Source: an uncultured bacterium
GTDB lineage: Bacteria; Fidelibacterota; Marinisomatia; Marinisomatales; UBA1611
DNA length: 64,000 nt
Direction of reading: 5' to 3'
Assembly: GCA_965660855.1 (NCBI GenBank)
Contig: CBFIBM010000003.1
Coordinates: forward strand, 64,001 to 128,000
The notes beneath the pieces are model-generated. The model was not told the DNA's origin. It saw only the letters and a program-made list of their open reading frames with translations, and did not search any database. Shown piece after piece: positions 61,037 through 64,000 of this stretch; the first letter of the stretch is position 1; each line of letters begins with the position of its first letter. The position numbers and the translations under genes were made by a program.

Positions 61037-64000
61037 ATGATCTCGATGAGAAAATATTTATTCAAATTTTTAATTGCAATTCTCCCCGCAAGTACGGTTT
61101 TATCAAACGTGATAATATCATTGGGAGATGTTGATGTCCAAGGTTATACTAATGAAATTATTGTGCCTGTAACTCTTGAAAATCCAAATAGTACAGTTGG
61201 TGGATTTCAATTTGATTTTTCAACAAATGATGAGATCTTAACCATATCAGGAGTTTCTGCTATTGATTCAGAAAACTTTTCATCTGACTATAATATTTTA
61301 AATAATGGAGATACTAGAGTGGTCTTCTTCACGATATCAGGTGATGGTATTGAATCAGGTAACGCTGGTACAGTCGTTAATTTACACTTTGATGGATCAG
61401 ACATCTTATCAGGATTTTTTAGTCTTGATGCATTTAATCTTACTGTTAGCGATGAGGATGGGACTATCGTAAATAGTCAAATAAATGATGGATCCATAAC
61501 TATCGGGACGGTTGTCTCAATGAGTGCAACATCTGATTCCGGAGATATAAATGAGCAAGTTGTAATCGATATTAATCTTAATAATTCTGGTTTAGTTGGT
61601 GGTTTGCAATTTGATATTATAGATACACCCAATTACTTATCCGTGATTGGGTTATCTACTACTGACCGCTCAGAAGGATTTACAATTGAATATAATGAAC
61701 TCTCAGATGGCTTAACTAGAGTTTTAATGTTTAGTCCTGAAAACCAAAATATCGAGATTGGATCTGGTTCAATAGCTTCGCTACAAATGTTGATAGCTGA
61801 AAATGCATACAATTCAAACGTTGGAGTTAACTTTGAGAATGTTACAATTACTGACCCAATTGGAGGAATTTATTTTACAGAAAGTGCAGACTCAGGAACT
61901 GTAACGGTTACCCCTGGTTATATAGAAGAACCTCATAACCTGCAAGCTCAAGATGGTATGGATGCACAAGTTCTACTTAGTTGGGATGCTCCTTATGGGC
62001 CAATACCTCCAAATTTTGAAGAAGATTTCGAAGCAGGTTCAATTCCTGAGAATTGGAATTTAACTACAAATTCATCACAAGGATGGTTTATTACTCAAGA
62101 TGGCTCAAGTGACTTTTGGTCAATACCTGCACATTCTTGGTATATGTGCTCAAATGATGATATGGCTGATGATGATGGGTCTGTAGATTATCTTATTATG
62201 CCTCCTCTTAACGTGAGTGGAGCAGAGAATATTGCACTTAATTTTGCATCCTATTATGATGGTGCGTATGGACAGTCTGCTCATATCGCGGTAAGCACAG
62301 ATGGATCAAATTTCACGGAAGTAGCTGTACTCGATGCCGCAGCTGAATGGGTCATGGAAACTGTTGATTTATCTGAATTTTCTGGTGTACCAAATTTATA
62401 TATTGCATTTCATTCAAATGATAATGGTGCATGGGCGTCAGGATGGGCTGTTGATGATGTTCTAGTATCCTTCGCTCTAAGAGATTCAGAGCGTTTTTTA
62501 CACTACAACTTAACTGAATTTGGACAATGGGCTATGGATGCTTCAAAAGAAGATGTCCTTTCTCAATATGGGGGAGGTATTCCGTATAGCATGAAGGTTG
62601 ACTTGAATAATCCGAATATTAATACAAGTAGACCTGTTACAATAGATGCATATAAGGTATATAAATCATTGAACAATAATTCAGATTTTGAAGAGGTTGC
62701 AGAAGTAGATGGATCTTTAACAACATATCTTGACGATGATGTTATTAATAGTACAATCTACTACTACTATGTTACAGCTATTTATCCTGATGGCTCTGAA
62801 TCAGGTCCAACAAATACAATCTCCGCAACCCCAGTTGAGTGGGTTGAGCTTTCATTAGATAATGGATATTCCCTGTCAGGGCAGATGGACACACTTGACT
62901 TTTACATAAATAATGAAAGTGATCTAGGTTTATTTTATTTTGAAATAATGGACTATCCCAATGTTTTGAATGGTCTAAACATACTTTCAACTGAGAGAAC
63001 TGAATCTTGGGCTTTAGAAATTGCAGACCAAGGAGATGGAACAATTGCAATTACTGGGATTAGTATCGGTGAGCCTCTTTTACCAGGAAATGGACCAGTT
63101 TGTAGAGCTATTTTATACCCTGATGCTGAAGAAGAAATGGTTGTAAACCTTTCTTTTACTAGTGGCACTTCAATTCAAGACGTTAATTACATTGATTTAA
63201 ATTGGACTGCCGAAGGAGGCATATATGAAGTTGGTATAGAGACTCAGTATATTAACTTATATGGCGGATATGCTCTCTCAGGAGAAGAAACAGCTGGTTC
63301 AGTTTTCATGGAGACAACACAACCTGTTTACGCTATCGAATTTGATATCTTAGCAGATCCACCTTTTATTACTGGTACAGATATTAATTTTAGTGAACTT
63401 CTAAATTTAGAAAATTGGACTGTATCAGGGTCGGATTTAGGTATTGGTTATAGAGTTACAGCTTATGATAATACTTTATCTAACCCAATAAGTCCTGGAG
63501 TCCGACACCTTGCAGATATTAATTATAATGTTTTAGATCAAATTCCTGAAGCTACCATTGTTAATATATCTGTCTCTGATCCAATTTTAGCAGACATGAA
63601 TAATCTCTCTATGGTCACAGAAACAACTCCACATGCATTTTATATTGGTACTCCTCCAGCGGGGTGTACAATTGAAAATGCAACAGGACAATTAATACCC
63701 GGCGGTACAGGAGTATTTGAAATCCATATGGAGAATACAGAAACAATTAATATTTTAGAGTTTGAAATACAAGATATGCCAAACAATATGGCAGTAACAA
63801 ATATTACTGGTGTAGGTAGGTTTGAAGATGGAACAATCGATGGTGGATCTGGAGAAACAGATGAAGGAAATATCTACTTCTTAGGATATGATTTTGCTAC
63901 AGCAATTGAACCTGGAAGCGGAGCTATTCTCGAGATCGAAGTTGTATTCAATGAAAACATTAATAATTCATCAATTGTTTTTATGATAAATACAATTTCT
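61037..64000 (+). CDS. Large secreted acidic multidomain protein with about five cohesin-like repeats, Fn3 and an adhesin-like domain; 3'-truncated and absent from the ORF track
   Basis: GGAGG RBS at 61027-61031, ATG 61037; hand-translated 988 codons with no stop to the window end; signal peptide MISMRKYLFKFLIAILPASTVLS. Confidence 0.88.
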   Translation, partial: MISMRKYLFKFLIAILPASTVLSNVIISLGDVDVQGYTNEIIVPVTLENPNSTVGGFQFDFSTNDEILTISGVSAIDSENFSSDYNILNNGDTRVVFFTISGDGIESGNAGTVVNLHFDGSDILSGFFSLDAFNLTVSDEDGTIVNSQINDGSITIGTVVSMSATSDSGDINEQVVIDINLNNSGLVGGLQFDIIDTPNYLSVIGLSTTDRSEGFTIEYNELSDGLTRVLMFSPENQNIEIGSGSIASLQMLIAENAYNSNVGVNFENVTITDPIGGIYFTESADSGTVTVTPGYIEEPHNLQAQDGMDAQVLLSWDAPYGPIPPNFEEDFEAGSIPENWNLTTNSSQGWFITQDGSSDFWSIPAHSWYMCSNDDMADDDGSVDYLIMPPLNVSGAENIALNFASYYDGAYGQSAHIAVSTDGSNFTEVAVLDAAAEWVMETVDLSEFSGVPNLYIAFHSNDNGAWASGWAVDDVLVSFALRDSERFLHYNLTEFGQWAMDASKEDVLSQYGGGIPYSMKVDLNNPNINTSRPVTIDAYKVYKSLNNNSDFEEVAEVDGSLTTYLDDDVINSTIYYYYVTAIYPDGSESGPTNTISATPVEWVELSLDNGYSLSGQMDTLDFYINNESDLGLFYFEIMDYPNVLNGLNILSTERTESWALEIADQGDGTIAITGISIGEPLLPGNGPVCRAILYPDAEEEMVVNLSFTSGTSIQDVNYIDLNWTAEGGIYEVGIETQYINLYGGYALSGEETAGSVFMETTQPVYAIEFDILADPPFITGTDINFSELLNLENWTVSGSDLGIGYRVTAYDNTLSNPISPGVRHLADINYNVLDQIPEATIVNISVSDPILADMNNLSMVTETTPHAFYIGTPPAGCTIENATGQLIPGGTGVFEIHMENTETINILEFEIQDMPNNMAVTNITGVGRFEDGTIDGGSGETDEGNIYFLGYDFATAIEPGSGAILEIEVVFNENINNSSIVFMINTIS

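Overview
AT-rich (about 30% GC by eye), gene-dense bacterial chromosomal segment. T9SS-type YPNPFNP C-terminal tags, dockerins, FCB-style TonB receptors and a Cys-less SecA tail suggest an FCB-group marine heterotroph, most plausibly Ca. Marinimicrobia (SAR406); this is inference. 1-16 kb: a lipid/sulfation cluster (two LolA-like proteins, KAS III, DUF1302-like barrel, LRR protein, two arylsulfotransferases, START protein, PAPS-dependent sulfotransferase, MMPL/RND transporter, beta-oxidation genes). 16-23 kb: an iron/heme island (Fur-boxed FecA-like receptor, ferritin-like protein, TetR-TBDR-HmuY-like-YbaN). 23-33 kb: mixed accessory genes, including a Cys-rich secreted peptide, a dockerin-bearing lipase, tRNA-Arg(UCU) and a small internally duplicated basic protein. 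33-61 kb: housekeeping (secDF, tdh-kbl, parAB-M23-bactofilin, atp operon, aspS, phoH, ilvE, nusB, secA). The last 3 kb holds an ORF missing from the ORF track (61037 to >64000) with about five cohesin-like repeats. Together with two dockerin-tagged non-CAZyme enzymes, it suggests a cellulosome-like surface complex for lipids and sulfate esters. No CRISPR array, rRNA or mobile element was seen. All domain calls are by eye, without HMM searches.
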